Origin: Acidimicrobiia bacterium
GTDB lineage: Bacteria; Actinomycetota; Acidimicrobiia; Spongiisociales; ZC4RG35
Length of the DNA stretch: 64,000 nucleotides
Direction of reading: 5' to 3'
Assembly: GCA_965203555.1 (NCBI GenBank)
Contig: CBDBCY010000004.1
Span: 2,656,001-2,720,000 of the forward strand
Position 1 is the first letter of the stretch. Each line of letters starts with the position of its first letter. The position numbers and the translations under genes were made by a program. Below are positions 36,706 to 46,843 of the stretch, piece after piece. A model generated the notes under the pieces. The model was given only the letters and a program-made list of their open reading frames with translations, was not told the origin of the DNA and searched no databases.

Positions 36706-37421
36706 TTTCTGAGCACTAGCCGCACCAGCCAGTAGGTGATTTCGTAGAACGCATACAGCGGTACGGACAGCATGGCCAGGGTGAGCACATCTCCGGTGGG
36801 GGTGATGATCGCCGCTCCGGTCACCACCAACAGCACGGCCCACCTCCTTCCACGGGCCAACTGCTTGGAAGTGACGAGGTTGGCGGCGGCGGCGGTGAAC
36901 AGGAAGACCGGGTAGAGAAAGGAGATCCCGAACGCCAGCAGAAAACGGATGGCGAATGAGAAATAGTCGGTGAGGCGGAGATTGTTCGCCACGTCCTCGA
37001 AGATGCCCAGCAGGAAGGCAAGACCGCGACCCATCGTCTGGTAGCCCACCGCCACCCCGGCGCAGAACAGAATCGTGCAGGAGAGCACGATTGGTATCGC
37101 CCACTTCTTCTCCCGGCGAGTGAGAGCGGGAGTAATGAACATCCAGACCTGGTAGATGACCACCGGGCTGGCAAGAATTGCTCCGCCGAAGAAAGCAATC
37201 TTCATTAGCACGGAGAACTCCTCGGTGGGCGCCAGCACCTGCAAGGTGTTCTCTTCGCCGGGAAAGGCGCGGTCGTAGGGGAGTTGAAGGAGGTCCTTTA
37301 TCCAGACGCCAAAGATAAGGGCGACAATCGCGCCGATCAGGACGGCCGCCGCCGACTTGACCAACCTCCACCGCAATTCGTTGAGGTGGGAAAGAAGCGG
37401 CTGGCGACTTTCGTCGCTCAT
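36702..37421 (-). CDS. tatC: Twin-arginine translocase subunit TatC
   Basis: LLSHLNELRWRL, YQVWMFITPAL...EKK, AIITPTGD, LYAFYE. Confidence 0.95.
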   Translation of the reverse strand: MSDESRQPLLSHLNELRWRLVKSAAAVLIGAIVALIFGVWIKDLLQLPYDRAFPGEENTLQVLAPTEEFSVLMKIAFFGGAILASPVVIYQVWMFITPALTRREKKWAIPIVLSCTILFCAGVAVGYQTMGRGLAFLLGIFEDVANNLRLTDYFSFAIRFLLAFGISFLYPVFLFTAAAANLVTSKQLARGRRWAVLLVVTGAAIITPTGDVLTLAMLSVPLYAFYEITYWLVRLVLRK

Positions 37422-37903
37422 GACCGCTGATCCGGCTCTGTGGTTTCAGGAGATCCTTCCGCAGGCGCCTGATCGGCGCCGGCCGAGGCCGGATCGCCGG
37501 GGATAGAAGCGTTGGCCGGTTCGGCTTTGTCGGGTTCGTCGGTTTCCTCGGGGGGTGAGTCCTCACCTGACGGGTCAACTGACCGGGCAGAACGCTCGCT
37601 TCCCGCCTTGGTGTCGGTCGGACTGGCCAGCGGGGGAGGGGACCGCAGTGCCTTTTCAGATTCGGAAAAGGAGGTTCGCAGTTCCTTGCCGGCGTCTTTG
37701 GTGGTCGTCATCACCTCTTTGGCGGCCTCCCGCACTTCTTCCACTGCCAGTTCTTTTTCTATGCCCTCCCGAAGCTCCCGGGCAGCAACCCGGAACTCGG
37801 CCATCATCTTGCCGGCCCTGCGCGCCATGGCGGGCAGACGATGGGGGCCGAATACCACCATCGCCACCAGCAGGATTACCAGAACTTCATTCCACTCAGG
37901 CAT
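37418..37903 (-). CDS. tatB: Twin-arginine translocase TatB (TatA/B family)
   Basis: EVLVILLVAMVVFGP.RLP amphipathic helix; long disordered tail; adjacent to tatC. Confidence 0.85.
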   Translation of the reverse strand: MPEWNEVLVILLVAMVVFGPHRLPAMARRAGKMMAEFRVAARELREGIEKELAVEEVREAAKEVMTTTKDAGKELRTSFSESEKALRSPPPLASPTDTKAGSERSARSVDPSGEDSPPEETDEPDKAEPANASIPGDPASAGADQAPAEGSPETTEPDQRS

Positions 37904-38030
37904 GGATTCCCAATGCTATAGGTTTTGAAAGTCCCCGTCGGGCGTCGGAGCCGATACGCAGGGTGTTTGTGGGTGGGCCGCAGGTCAGCCGTAAGAGGGG
38001 GAGGATGCGCTTTTCGGTAGGGCGTGAAAG

Positions 38031-38798
38031 CTACCGTCCCGACCAAACCGCGGTTCGTTTCTCCACAAAGGCTCGGATGCCCTCCTGGGCGTCCTCGGTG
38101 AGCAGGGTTGCGGTGAGCCCGCCGGCCAGGTAATCCAGCCCCGCGTCTATTCCCAGGTCGGTGACCATCCAGAAGGCGTCCTTTCCCAGTTGCAGGGCAG
38201 CCGGACTCTGGGAGGTCAGGGCCTTGGCGGTTTCCGACACCGCATGGTCGAGTTGGTCGGGCTGTACAACCCGGGAGACCGCTCCCAGCGTCACTGCCTC
38301 GGCGGGGGTCAGCAACCTCCCGGTCATCATCATTTCGAGCAGCGCCCGGCGAGGAATGGTTCGAGCCAGGACGGCTGAGATGAGCATCGGCCAGACCCCG
38401 ACTCTCACTTCGGGAGTTCCCAGCTTGGCGTCTTCGACGCAGATGACTATGTCGCAGGCGCACATCAGACCGAAACCTCCTCCCAGGGCGTGGCCGTTCA
38501 CTCTGGCTATGGTGGGCTTTCCTCCCCGGATCATCAGCCGGAAGAGGTCTGCCAGCGCGCCTCGTTCACGGTGCATCCCCACTGGAGAGTCGAATATCCC
38601 CCCGTCCAGGTCGGCGCCCGCGCAGAACGACCGGTCTCCGGCCCCGGTGTAGACCAGCACCCTCACTGCGGGGTCCTCCAAGGCTTGGCGGGTATGGGAC
38701 AGCAGTCCTTCCAGGGTCTTCACCGATAGCGGGTTTCGACGACGAGGCTGGTTGATGGTGAGGGTGGCCCGCCCTTCGCTCACTTCATAACGAACCAT
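38031..38798 (-). CDS. Enoyl-CoA hydratase/isomerase family protein
   Basis: FCAGADL, VNGHALGGG, GTPEVRVG, EGIRAFVEKR. Start ATG 38798. Confidence 0.92.
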   Translation of the reverse strand: MVRYEVSEGRATLTINQPRRRNPLSVKTLEGLLSHTRQALEDPAVRVLVYTGAGDRSFCAGADLDGGIFDSPVGMHRERGALADLFRLMIRGGKPTIARVNGHALGGGFGLMCACDIVICVEDAKLGTPEVRVGVWPMLISAVLARTIPRRALLEMMMTGRLLTPAEAVTLGAVSRVVQPDQLDHAVSETAKALTSQSPAALQLGKDAFWMVTDLGIDAGLDYLAGGLTATLLTEDAQEGIRAFVEKRTAVWSGR

Positions 38799-39204
38799 GG
38801 TGTCCCCTTCCGGTAGACATTGCGGAGAATAGGCCTTCAGTATGCCTCGCCGAGGGTTCCGATGATGAAACAGACTCGGGGGCAGGAGAGCAGCCACCCT
38901 CCAAATATCAGGCGCGCCCTGGCTGCAGCGATGGGTCAGAAGGTTCGCAGCGGCAGTATTGTCCAGCGAAACAGGAGGCGTCAACCTCTATGGAGCAATT
39001 TTAGAGGATATTTGCATATTGTGCGGTGGGCAAGAGGGTCTTTTCTCGACAGGGAAGAGAAGACTGGTTGGCCTTGGTCCCGGCCGCAGTACCCTTCACT
39101 GCAGTGGATAAGGGGAAAAGGACAAAGGCGGTTGGGCGCGCCTCGGCCCCAGCCGCAGCTACTGAATACCGCCGTGAAAGGCGATTTGGAGGTAACCGGG
39201 GCAA

Positions 39205-39870
39205 ATGGCTTTGATAATGCTGATCCGGCACGGCCGGACATCGGGCAACTCTTCGGGCCGGTTTATCGGTCAGTACGACGAGCCTCTGGATGAGGAGGGA
39301 AGGCGGCAGGCCGGCCTGCTGGCGCCCCGCTTGACGCGGTTCGAACCGGATCGGGCGATATCGAGCGATCTGAAGCGATGCACCCAGACTATGGCGCCTT
39401 TCGCGGCCGCATCGGGGATGCGGATCGAGACCGATCCGGGGTTGCGGGAAGTGGGTGATGGAGAGTGGACCAACATGAGTCCGGAGCGACTTTGGGAGGG
39501 GTGGCCGGACTTGATGGAGCGCTACGCGAAAGGAGAGGACGTGCCTCGTCCGGGCGGAGAACGATGGTCTGACGTCCGCCGCCGGGTGCTGGCGTCCTTG
39601 TCACGAATTGTTGGCGAGATGACGCCCGAGGAGAAGGTGGTTATCTGCACCCATGCCGGTCCCTCCATGCTGATCTCCGCTTGGGTAACGGGAACGGATC
39701 TTCCGGGCAACATCTTCCTGGGGCCGCTTCATCCTCCTGCCAACGCTTCCATCACCATTCTCGATCCTCACAGGCCGGCCTTGATCACTTATAACGAAAC
39801 CTGCCACTTGTCACCGAGAGGCCGCTTTCGGGAAGATCGCCGCTCGGGAGCAGCCCTGGTTCGGGAGTAA
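39205..39870 (+). CDS. Histidine phosphatase family protein
   Basis: IRHGRT, SSDLKRC, LREVGDGEW, CTHAG, NASIT; RBS GGAGG. Confidence 0.88.
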   Translation: MALIMLIRHGRTSGNSSGRFIGQYDEPLDEEGRRQAGLLAPRLTRFEPDRAISSDLKRCTQTMAPFAAASGMRIETDPGLREVGDGEWTNMSPERLWEGWPDLMERYAKGEDVPRPGGERWSDVRRRVLASLSRIVGEMTPEEKVVICTHAGPSMLISAWVTGTDLPGNIFLGPLHPPANASITILDPHRPALITYNETCHLSPRGRFREDRRSGAALVRE

Positions 39871-39891
39871 CCCCGTCGGCGAGTCGACAGT

Positions 39892-40911
39892 TCAGCCGCC
39901 CTTGATTCCGGCGGCCAATCCGGCCCATTCTTCTTCGGTGAAGATGGCGTCTCCGGCCATGCTGTAGATGCCTACCCGTTGGACCCTCCCCCGGTAACGG
40001 GAGACGATCCCGTCGGCGAGTTCTTCCAGAGGTGCTACCACCGCTACCTCATGAACCACCTCGTCGGGGATGACGTCCGCTATCTGTCGCCACTCTCCCC
40101 GTTTGGTCATGGCATTCAGGGTGGGACCGAAGTCCCATCCGTGGCAATCGAGGATGGGAGCGTAGCTGGGGGTGGAGGCGTAGAAAGCGATTTGCTGCTT
40201 CACAGGTCGCACCAGACGTTCCATCTCCTCTTCGTCCCGGCCGGTCACGACGAACACCGGTGTGGCCAACTCCACGTCGTCAACGGTGCGTCCGTTCTCC
40301 TCGGCGCCTTTGGCAATGGCGGGCAGCACCACATTGTCAAGGTACTTGGCGGTGTGGAAAGGATGGACGTGGAAACCGTCACAAACCTCCCCGGCCAGCT
40401 TGCTGAGCAGGGGTCCGACTCCGGCGATGTAGATGGGAATCCGGGGCAACTGGTTGGGGCCGGGATTGAAGAAGGGCGTCATCAGCGTGAGTTGGTAGAA
40501 ATCCCCCTTGTATCTCAGTCTGGTGCCGTTCTGGAAGCAATCCCACACCGCCCTGACCGCTGCAATGTAGTCCCGCAGCCGGGCGGTGGGGTGAGACCAT
40601 TCAGTGGAGAAGCGCCGGGTGATGTGTGGCTTTATCTGGGTCCCCAGGCCCAACAGGAATTTGCCGCCCGCCACGATCTGCATGTCCCAGGCGAGTTGTG
40701 CCATCACCATGGGTGATCGGGGAAACGCCAGTGTTATGGCCGGGCCCACTTGCAGGCCGGGTTCGGCCTGGGAAGCCAGACACATCGAGAGAAAAGGCTC
40801 GTGGCTGGTTTCGGCGGTGAAGAAACCATGGTATCCGATCCGGGCAGCCCGGTGGGCGAACTCTGCAGCTGCCGTGGGCGGCAGGTTGGGAAAGTAGTAG
40901 TCGAACTTCAT
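39892..40911 (-). CDS. F420-dependent LLM-class oxidoreductase (TIGR03617-like)
   Basis: ETSHEPF, AFPRSPM, LGLGTQIKPHITRRFS, LMTPFFNPGP, QIAFYASTPSY. Confidence 0.88.
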   Translation of the reverse strand: MKFDYYFPNLPPTAAAEFAHRAARIGYHGFFTAETSHEPFLSMCLASQAEPGLQVGPAITLAFPRSPMVMAQLAWDMQIVAGGKFLLGLGTQIKPHITRRFSTEWSHPTARLRDYIAAVRAVWDCFQNGTRLRYKGDFYQLTLMTPFFNPGPNQLPRIPIYIAGVGPLLSKLAGEVCDGFHVHPFHTAKYLDNVVLPAIAKGAEENGRTVDDVELATPVFVVTGRDEEEMERLVRPVKQQIAFYASTPSYAPILDCHGWDFGPTLNAMTKRGEWRQIADVIPDEVVHEVAVVAPLEELADGIVSRYRGRVQRVGIYSMAGDAIFTEEEWAGLAAGIKGG

Positions 40912-40971
40912 AGTCAGTGCCTATTATCTCCGGTCGGTTGCGCCACTCCTGACATTAGACTGATTGTTCCT

Positions 40972-41235
40972 ATGAGAAGAGCATTGAAACTAGCGGTGGT
41001 CGTAGGCGGAATCGGTGCGCTGGCCTGGGGTATGCGCAAGCGGTTCCGCATCGCGATCGGTAGGGGCGAAGCCGCCGATCCCGACTTTCACATCATTGAT
41101 CCAGTGTCGGAGTCAACCACCGACGAGATGCCCGCCGAGGAGATCTCCGACGACGTCGGTGAGGATGACGGTTCTCAAACCTCCTCCGACGATGATCCCC
41201 TTCCCCCGTCCGGCGTCTCCAACGGCGGAAGTTGA
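40972..41235 (+). CDS. Small membrane-anchored acidic hypothetical protein
   Basis: MRRALKLAVVVGGIGALAWG TM anchor followed by a D/E/S-rich tail. Confidence 0.55.
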   Translation: MRRALKLAVVVGGIGALAWGMRKRFRIAIGRGEAADPDFHIIDPVSESTTDEMPAEEISDDVGEDDGSQTSSDDDPLPPSGVSNGGS

Positions 41236-41250
41236 TTCCAGGCCCGACCG

Positions 41251-42387
41251 GTGGTGGAAGGGCATCAATCGGATCAGCGCAGATTGACATCTCAGCCTGC
41301 TCAGGCGTTCTCCCCCTATCTGACGGATCCTGACGACCTGCGCCAGGTGGTCGGCGCCGATGAACCGGCTTTCCGCTCCCGGCAACTCCGGGAGTGGCTG
41401 TACCGCAACCCGGTGCTCCACGCCCGGGACATGACCAACCTGCCGACCGGTCTCCGCCGCGGTCTGGCGGAGAGCCTGTGGCCGTTCCTAGTCGAACAGC
41501 ACCAGGTCGCCGACCGGGGGGCAACCTACAAATGGTTGTTCAGGATGCCCGACGGAGCGGCGATAGAAGCGGTGGCCATGGGATATGGAAGCCGTACCAC
41601 TCTGTGCGTGTCATCCCAGGCGGGTTGTGCACTGGCTTGCACCTTCTGCGCCACGGGACAGTTCGGTTTCGACAGGCATCTGCAGGCCGGAGAGATCGTG
41701 GCCCAACTGGCCTATGCAAACGCCTTCCTTCGTTCTCACCCTCTTAGGAATTCTCCTCCCAGGGTGACCAATGTGGTGTTCATGGGGATGGGCGAACCAC
41801 TGGCCAACTATCCGCGGCTGCGGGAGGCAATCAGGTTGATGGTGGAGGAAGTGGGAATCTCGGCCCGGTCTCTGACCGTGTCGACGGTGGGGGTTGTTCC
41901 CGGAATCCGGCGCCTGGCCGACGATCCCTGGCCGGTGAAACTGGCGGTGAGTCTCCATGCTTCCGACGACGATCTGCGTTCGAGGTTGGTCCCGCTCAAT
42001 CGGCGTTACCCCCTGTCCGAAATCGAGAAGGCTGCTGCTTACTACTTCGGGAAGAAGCGCAGGAGGGTGTCCTTGGAATGGACCATGATCAAAGACGTAA
42101 ACGATGGTCGCTTCCAGGCTGAGGGGTTGGCAGCGATAGCCCGGCGTCTGCGGGCCCATGTCAATCTGATCGCATTGAACCCCACTCCACTCAGCCCTGA
42201 TCTGCCTTCCTCTCCGGTAGTGATCGACAGGTTCGCCGCGGCTCTGCGAGCGATGGGGGTGAACGTGACAGTCAGGGATACGCGGGGGACCCAGATCGAC
42301 GCCGCCTGCGGCCAACTGCGGGTCAAGAGTTCGCCGGGCAGAGCCGCCGACTCATCGAGGCGCGGGGCTCTCAAGCTCACCCGCTAG
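41251..42387 (+). CDS. rlmN: 23S rRNA m2A2503 / tRNA methyltransferase RlmN
   Basis: CVSSQAGCALACTFCATG, FMGMGEPLAN, VSTVG, AVSLHA, IDAACGQL. Start may be TTG 41284. Confidence 0.96.
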   Translation: MVEGHQSDQRRLTSQPAQAFSPYLTDPDDLRQVVGADEPAFRSRQLREWLYRNPVLHARDMTNLPTGLRRGLAESLWPFLVEQHQVADRGATYKWLFRMPDGAAIEAVAMGYGSRTTLCVSSQAGCALACTFCATGQFGFDRHLQAGEIVAQLAYANAFLRSHPLRNSPPRVTNVVFMGMGEPLANYPRLREAIRLMVEEVGISARSLTVSTVGVVPGIRRLADDPWPVKLAVSLHASDDDLRSRLVPLNRRYPLSEIEKAAAYYFGKKRRRVSLEWTMIKDVNDGRFQAEGLAAIARRLRAHVNLIALNPTPLSPDLPSSPVVIDRFAAALRAMGVNVTVRDTRGTQIDAACGQLRVKSSPGRAADSSRRGALKLTR

Positions 42388-42398
42388 GCCTTGTTATT

Positions 42399-43490
42399 GT
42401 GGCGGTTATGGACAGCGAGACTGCAACAACTCCCGAACTGGTCGAGGTCAGACCTGACGAGCGGTTTGACGAGGCTCGCCTCGCCCATTATCTACGAGGT
42501 CGGCTTCCCGGCAGTGAAGGGCCTCTGACTGTTCAGCAGTTTGCCAGGGGAAAGGCCAACCTGACCTATCTGCTCCGCTACGGAGAGTCGGGCGCAACAG
42601 TGACCGAATACGTTCTCCGCCGTCCGCCCCTTGGGCCGGTCGCTCCCGGTTCGCACGACATGGGGCGTGAATTCCGGGTGCTGTCCACCTTATGGAGTGC
42701 CTTTCCTCTGGCGGCGCGGGCTTTTCTGTTCTGCGACGACGAGTCGATAATCGGCGCTCCCTTCTTTGTTATGGAGCGTCGCCGGGGAGTGGTGGTGCAA
42801 GGATCGGTCCCGCCCGTATTCGGAAGCGGCGAGGACGCCCGCAGCAATCGAAAGCTGTCGGAAGTTGTGATAGACACTCTGGCCCAGTTCCACGCGGTGA
42901 ACCCGTCCGAGGCCGGTCTGGATGGGTTGGGCTGGCCGGAAGGGTTCATCGATCGCCAGTTGGGAGGTTGGATAGGACGTTGGCACAAGGCGAGGAGTGA
43001 ACCCAATCCGCTGGTTGAAGAGTTGGCCGAGTGGTTGGAGAAGACCAAGCCCCATTCCCCGCCCGCCACCTTGCTTCACAACGACTGGCGATTGGACAAC
43101 ATGGCCGTGGATCCTGATGATCCGGGGCTGTGCGTGGCAGTCTACGACTGGGACATGTGTACCCGTGGAGATCCTTTTGCGGATGTGGGCACGCTCATGG
43201 GTTGCTGGTTCGACCCTGATGAGGACTCCATTTTTCTTGATCCGATGCCGACCAGAACACCTGGTTTCATGACCCGCCGCGAAGCCATCTCCCGGTACGG
43301 AGAGAAGTCGGGCCGCGATATCTCGGGCATGCATTGGTATGTGGTGTTCGGCACCTTCAAAATGGGCGTGATTCTCCAACAGATATATATACGCTGGCTG
43401 AGAGGCCAAACCCAGGACGAGCGCTTTGCCACAATGGGGAAGGACGCGGCCCGGCTATTCGAATTGGCCGCGGCGCGCAGATCGCCATAG
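42399..43490 (+). CDS. Phosphotransferase (APH, ACAD10/11-like) family protein
   Basis: NLTYLL, VLRRPP, HDMGREFRVL, HNDWRLDN, DWDM..RGDP. Confidence 0.88.
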   Translation: MAVMDSETATTPELVEVRPDERFDEARLAHYLRGRLPGSEGPLTVQQFARGKANLTYLLRYGESGATVTEYVLRRPPLGPVAPGSHDMGREFRVLSTLWSAFPLAARAFLFCDDESIIGAPFFVMERRRGVVVQGSVPPVFGSGEDARSNRKLSEVVIDTLAQFHAVNPSEAGLDGLGWPEGFIDRQLGGWIGRWHKARSEPNPLVEELAEWLEKTKPHSPPATLLHNDWRLDNMAVDPDDPGLCVAVYDWDMCTRGDPFADVGTLMGCWFDPDEDSIFLDPMPTRTPGFMTRREAISRYGEKSGRDISGMHWYVVFGTFKMGVILQQIYIRWLRGQTQDERFATMGKDAARLFELAAARRSP

Positions 43491-43853
43491 GGTTCCGTCC
43501 GGGTAGCCGACCCGGGCCGTTATCCCGAAGGAGGCCCCGTTCTCCTGCTTGTGCCTTGCCCCGACAGGTGTTCGTCCGCGTTCTCTATCCATCGTTAAAC
43601 AACTTCTGGAGGGGATAGGCATTCTTCTTGGAATCGGTTTCGCCGAAACCTGGTCAAGGCTGGCCGGCTGTCAGCGAGTCGGAGCGAAGCGTGTAGGAGA
43701 GAAAACCTATCGCAAGCCGAGACTCTGGCTCTCACTATGGTGAACAGTGAGGGCCAGCGTGATGATTTACTTTCGTATATCATATCCGAGGGTATATCGC
43801 ATCGAGAATAGAAATTGGTACCTTTGTAATATTTACGTGCTAAGGTTTGTCTG

Positions 43854-44303
43854 ATGAAACGGAACCTTTCTGAGAAGAAGGAAGTTGTAGCGGCTTGGCT
43901 CAATAGATTGCCCAATGCCGGCGTGGGAATCGCGGTGGATTACCAGCAGTCCTACGGGCTGAGTTATGTGGACGCCAAGGCTCTGGAACTTCTTTACGGG
44001 GCGCCATTGGGCCCTCGTCAACTTGCCGAGAAACTGCAGATGAGTCCGGCAGGAATTACCAAGCTGGTTGATCGGCTCGAGCGACGAGGTTTGGTGAAAC
44101 GCCGTCGCCATCCTGCCGATCGGCGTCGTTCGCTGGTATTCATTACCGACAAGGCCTTGGTGTCCAGCTTTCAACGGGAGCAGGTCAGGGAGCTGATAGA
44201 TAGGGCTGTTGATGACGCTACTGAGAATCAGTTGGAGGTCCTGTACGAATTCTTGCAAGAACTCGGCCAGGAACTGGTGAGTGAGGGCTTGATCAAGTCG
44301 TAA
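43854..44303 (+). CDS. MarR family transcriptional regulator
   Basis: LAEKLQMSPAGITKLVDRLERRGLVKR..HPADRR; AT-rich upstream region. Confidence 0.88.
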   Translation: MKRNLSEKKEVVAAWLNRLPNAGVGIAVDYQQSYGLSYVDAKALELLYGAPLGPRQLAEKLQMSPAGITKLVDRLERRGLVKRRRHPADRRRSLVFITDKALVSSFQREQVRELIDRAVDDATENQLEVLYEFLQELGQELVSEGLIKS

Positions 44304-44339
44304 TTGTCTTTTGGGGCTGACCCGGTAGCCTCACCACTT

Positions 44340-45830
44340 GTGGACATTCTGGCGGTTTCCGGGCCTTCGCGAAAGTGTGCTGAAGCCGGCGCTTCTCTGG
44401 CCCGCGCCGGTGGAAACGCGGTTGATGCCGCTCTTTCGGCGATGATGGTGGCCCTGGTCACCGAGATAGCAGTCATCGGCCCTGGCGCCGGAGGTTTTGT
44501 TACGGTGGGTGGTCCCCGCCATTCCCCGCTCGTCTATGACGGGGCGATGGCCATGCCGGGGCTGGGATTGGATCCGGACCGTTTGGGAAGGGGAGGCGTC
44601 GGAGTCCACATTGGCTACGGAGGAGGAGTGGAGACCATAGTGGGGCCCGCCAGCGTGGCGGTACCGGGAGGATGGGCGGCGATGGGAGCGGTCTGGCGGG
44701 ATCACGGCCTTGCTCCCTGGAGGGAGATAGTGGCGCCCGCTCTCGACCACGCCCGGCGCGGGTTCCCCCTGGGATCGGTGGCCGACTACTACCTGAACTA
44801 CTCCTTCGACCCTATTTTCTCGCTGGATCCCCGGTCGAGAGCAGCCCTCCACAACGGGAATAGGCGACGCAGGACCGGTGAACTGATCTGGGTGCGAGGA
44901 TTGGCCGATGCGTTGTCGGCTATCTCGGCGGAGGGAGTTGATGTGCTCTACAGGGGAGAACTGGGACAGGACATTTCCCGCGACCTTCTTGATCGGGGAG
45001 GGATCATCACTCGCCGCGACCTGCGGGAATACCAGGTGCAAAAGAGGTCGCCGATACTCCTTCCCATGGGCGATTGGACGGTTGCGCTCAATCCACCGCC
45101 GGCGGTGGGAGGCGTGGCTCTGGCGGGCATGCTCGCCCGAGTGGGACATCAGCCGCCCCTTTCGTCCAAGCGCCTGGTGGAGGCCCAGTTGGAAGTGCTG
45201 GGCGATCGTCGTTCGTTGGTGGACGACGCCGATGACTGGCGGGAGGGAGTCGGAAAGATGTCGTTGCGAATGTTGGCCGGTCTGGGGTCTGCGTCCACGG
45301 TAAACATCTCGGCGGTGGACTCTTCCGGCCTGGCCTGTGCAGTCACTCTGTCGTGTGGATACGGATCCGGGGTGATCGCCGGAGGAAGCGGGATGTGGAT
45401 GAACAATTCGCTGGGCGAGATTGAATTGACAGGGGGGAGGTTTCACGGTCAGCCTCCCGGAGAACGTCTCATGTCGAACATGGCCCCTTCAGTCTTGTGG
45501 AACGACTCCGGAGAGGTAGTGGCGGCCGGGTCGCCCGGCGCCGATCGCATCACCACTGCTTTGCAGTCCACCCTCCTGTCGGTAATCGTGGAAGGATCCT
45601 CGCTGGTGGAAGCAGTGGAACGCCATCGGGCTCACGTCGAGCGCACCCCACAAGGCTGGCGCCTGTGTCATGAAGAGGGTTTTCCGTTTAATGGTCTGGA
45701 GATGTCCCGGCGTGTCTTCGCAGGACGTCACATGTTCTTTGGTGGAGTCAGCGCAGCTTCTCTTGGGCCGGACGGGTCCATGGAGGCGGTGGCGGATTCT
45801 CGGCGGGTGGGGAAGGGGATCGTCGTATAA
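44340..45830 (+). CDS. Gamma-glutamyltransferase family protein
   Basis: GGNAVDAA, G.GAGGF, VAVPG, nucleophile STVNISAVD, MNNSLGE, SNMAP, GSPGADRI. GTG 44340 lies 8 nt after TAGCCT. Confidence 0.88.
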   Translation: MDILAVSGPSRKCAEAGASLARAGGNAVDAALSAMMVALVTEIAVIGPGAGGFVTVGGPRHSPLVYDGAMAMPGLGLDPDRLGRGGVGVHIGYGGGVETIVGPASVAVPGGWAAMGAVWRDHGLAPWREIVAPALDHARRGFPLGSVADYYLNYSFDPIFSLDPRSRAALHNGNRRRRTGELIWVRGLADALSAISAEGVDVLYRGELGQDISRDLLDRGGIITRRDLREYQVQKRSPILLPMGDWTVALNPPPAVGGVALAGMLARVGHQPPLSSKRLVEAQLEVLGDRRSLVDDADDWREGVGKMSLRMLAGLGSASTVNISAVDSSGLACAVTLSCGYGSGVIAGGSGMWMNNSLGEIELTGGRFHGQPPGERLMSNMAPSVLWNDSGEVVAAGSPGADRITTALQSTLLSVIVEGSSLVEAVERHRAHVERTPQGWRLCHEEGFPFNGLEMSRRVFAGRHMFFGGVSAASLGPDGSMEAVADSRRVGKGIVV

Positions 45831-45850
45831 GCCGCTCCGACTATTCCTTC

Positions 45851-46594
45851 TTGGGCAGTTGGCGATGGGCAGCCGCCCATCTGGTGATGCTAATTCTGAT
45901 AATCGTGCTGGTTAGCTTGGGCCTGTGGCAACTGAGGCGCCTGGATGAGAGACAGTTGACCAATCAGGTGGGTCTGTCCCGCAGCACGTCCGCCGCTTTG
46001 GACTTGGAGGCGATGGTGTCGGGCGCCGGATCCGACCTCGACACGCTTGAGTACCGAAGGGCCACCACCCGGGGTGTGTGGGACGCCACCTACGAGGTGT
46101 ACGTGCGGTCGCAGGTGAGAGATGGCCGGTCCGGCCTATGGGTGGTGACGCCATTGATCTTGTCGGACGGCCGGGCGGTGATGGTTAACCGAGGATGGAT
46201 ACCGGTCGAACTGGATCGCGGCCAGGCAGCCCCTCCGGTGGGAGAGGCGGAAGTAACCGGGACGGTGAGAGCATCCCGGTCCCGGTCGAGTCTTGGTCCC
46301 ACCGACCGCCCCGGCATCGAGGACACCATCGCCCGGGTGGACCTGCAGGTGCTCGACGGCTTCGTGCCCCAATCGCTGCTGGGGGTCTACCTCGAAGAGT
46401 CCTCAGTCAACCTCGCGTCCTGGCCGTTGCGGCTCGACCCGCCGACCTTCGACGAAGAGGGTCCGCACTTGCTCTACGCCGTGCAGTGGTTTTCATTTGC
46501 CTTGGTGACGCTGGTGGGTTACGGCGCCCTGATCAGGTCCAAGGCGCACCGCCGCCACCGCCCCGCCAAATCACCGGACCAGGCTGACTCCTAG
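45851..46594 (+). CDS. SURF1 family protein
   Basis: LGLWQLRRL, VVTPL, VNRGWIP, HLLYAVQWFSFA. Confidence 0.9.
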   Translation: MGSWRWAAAHLVMLILIIVLVSLGLWQLRRLDERQLTNQVGLSRSTSAALDLEAMVSGAGSDLDTLEYRRATTRGVWDATYEVYVRSQVRDGRSGLWVVTPLILSDGRAVMVNRGWIPVELDRGQAAPPVGEAEVTGTVRASRSRSSLGPTDRPGIEDTIARVDLQVLDGFVPQSLLGVYLEESSVNLASWPLRLDPPTFDEEGPHLLYAVQWFSFALVTLVGYGALIRSKAHRRHRPAKSPDQADS

Positions 46595-46629
46595 TGACCC
46601 GCCGGCTTCCGACCCTTCTCGAAAAACGA

Positions 46630-46665
46630 TTTGTCGCGAATTTCCACTTTGTCGCGAAATTTCAC
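46630..46665. repeat. Two-copy 18-bp direct repeat with palindromic TCGCGA core
   Basis: TTTGTCGCGAATTTCCAC TTTGTCGCGAAATTTCAC. Confidence 0.6.
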
Positions 46666-46843
46666 TTCGCCACCGGGCCCCTCCCCCTCCGCCACCTAGC
46701 CATGGGTTGAACGAGTTTCGTCCAGAGTGGAACGGGTCTCGGTGGAGACCGGAAACGATGCTCGTTTCATGAGACAATATGATCCCTTGACTCGGCCCGG
46801 TCGACGCCGGAACGGACCGTGTTGGTGTTTGGTCTTGTCAGTA

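Noticed and set aside
36706-37578. Apparent 291-aa N-terminal extension of HelY (1140-aa ORF)
   Set aside because: Overlaps tatC/tatB in another frame; the real start is ATG 36705 coupled to the tatC stop.
37985-38025. Possible fourth fossil tail (EKR...GGC TGA) downstream of the enoyl-CoA hydratase
   Set aside because: Needs frameshifts to align, has only three matching residues, and no cargo lies between the copies.
38800-39204. 400-bp intergenic region with short ORFs
   Set aside because: No convincing coding signal, repeat or RNA structure recognised.
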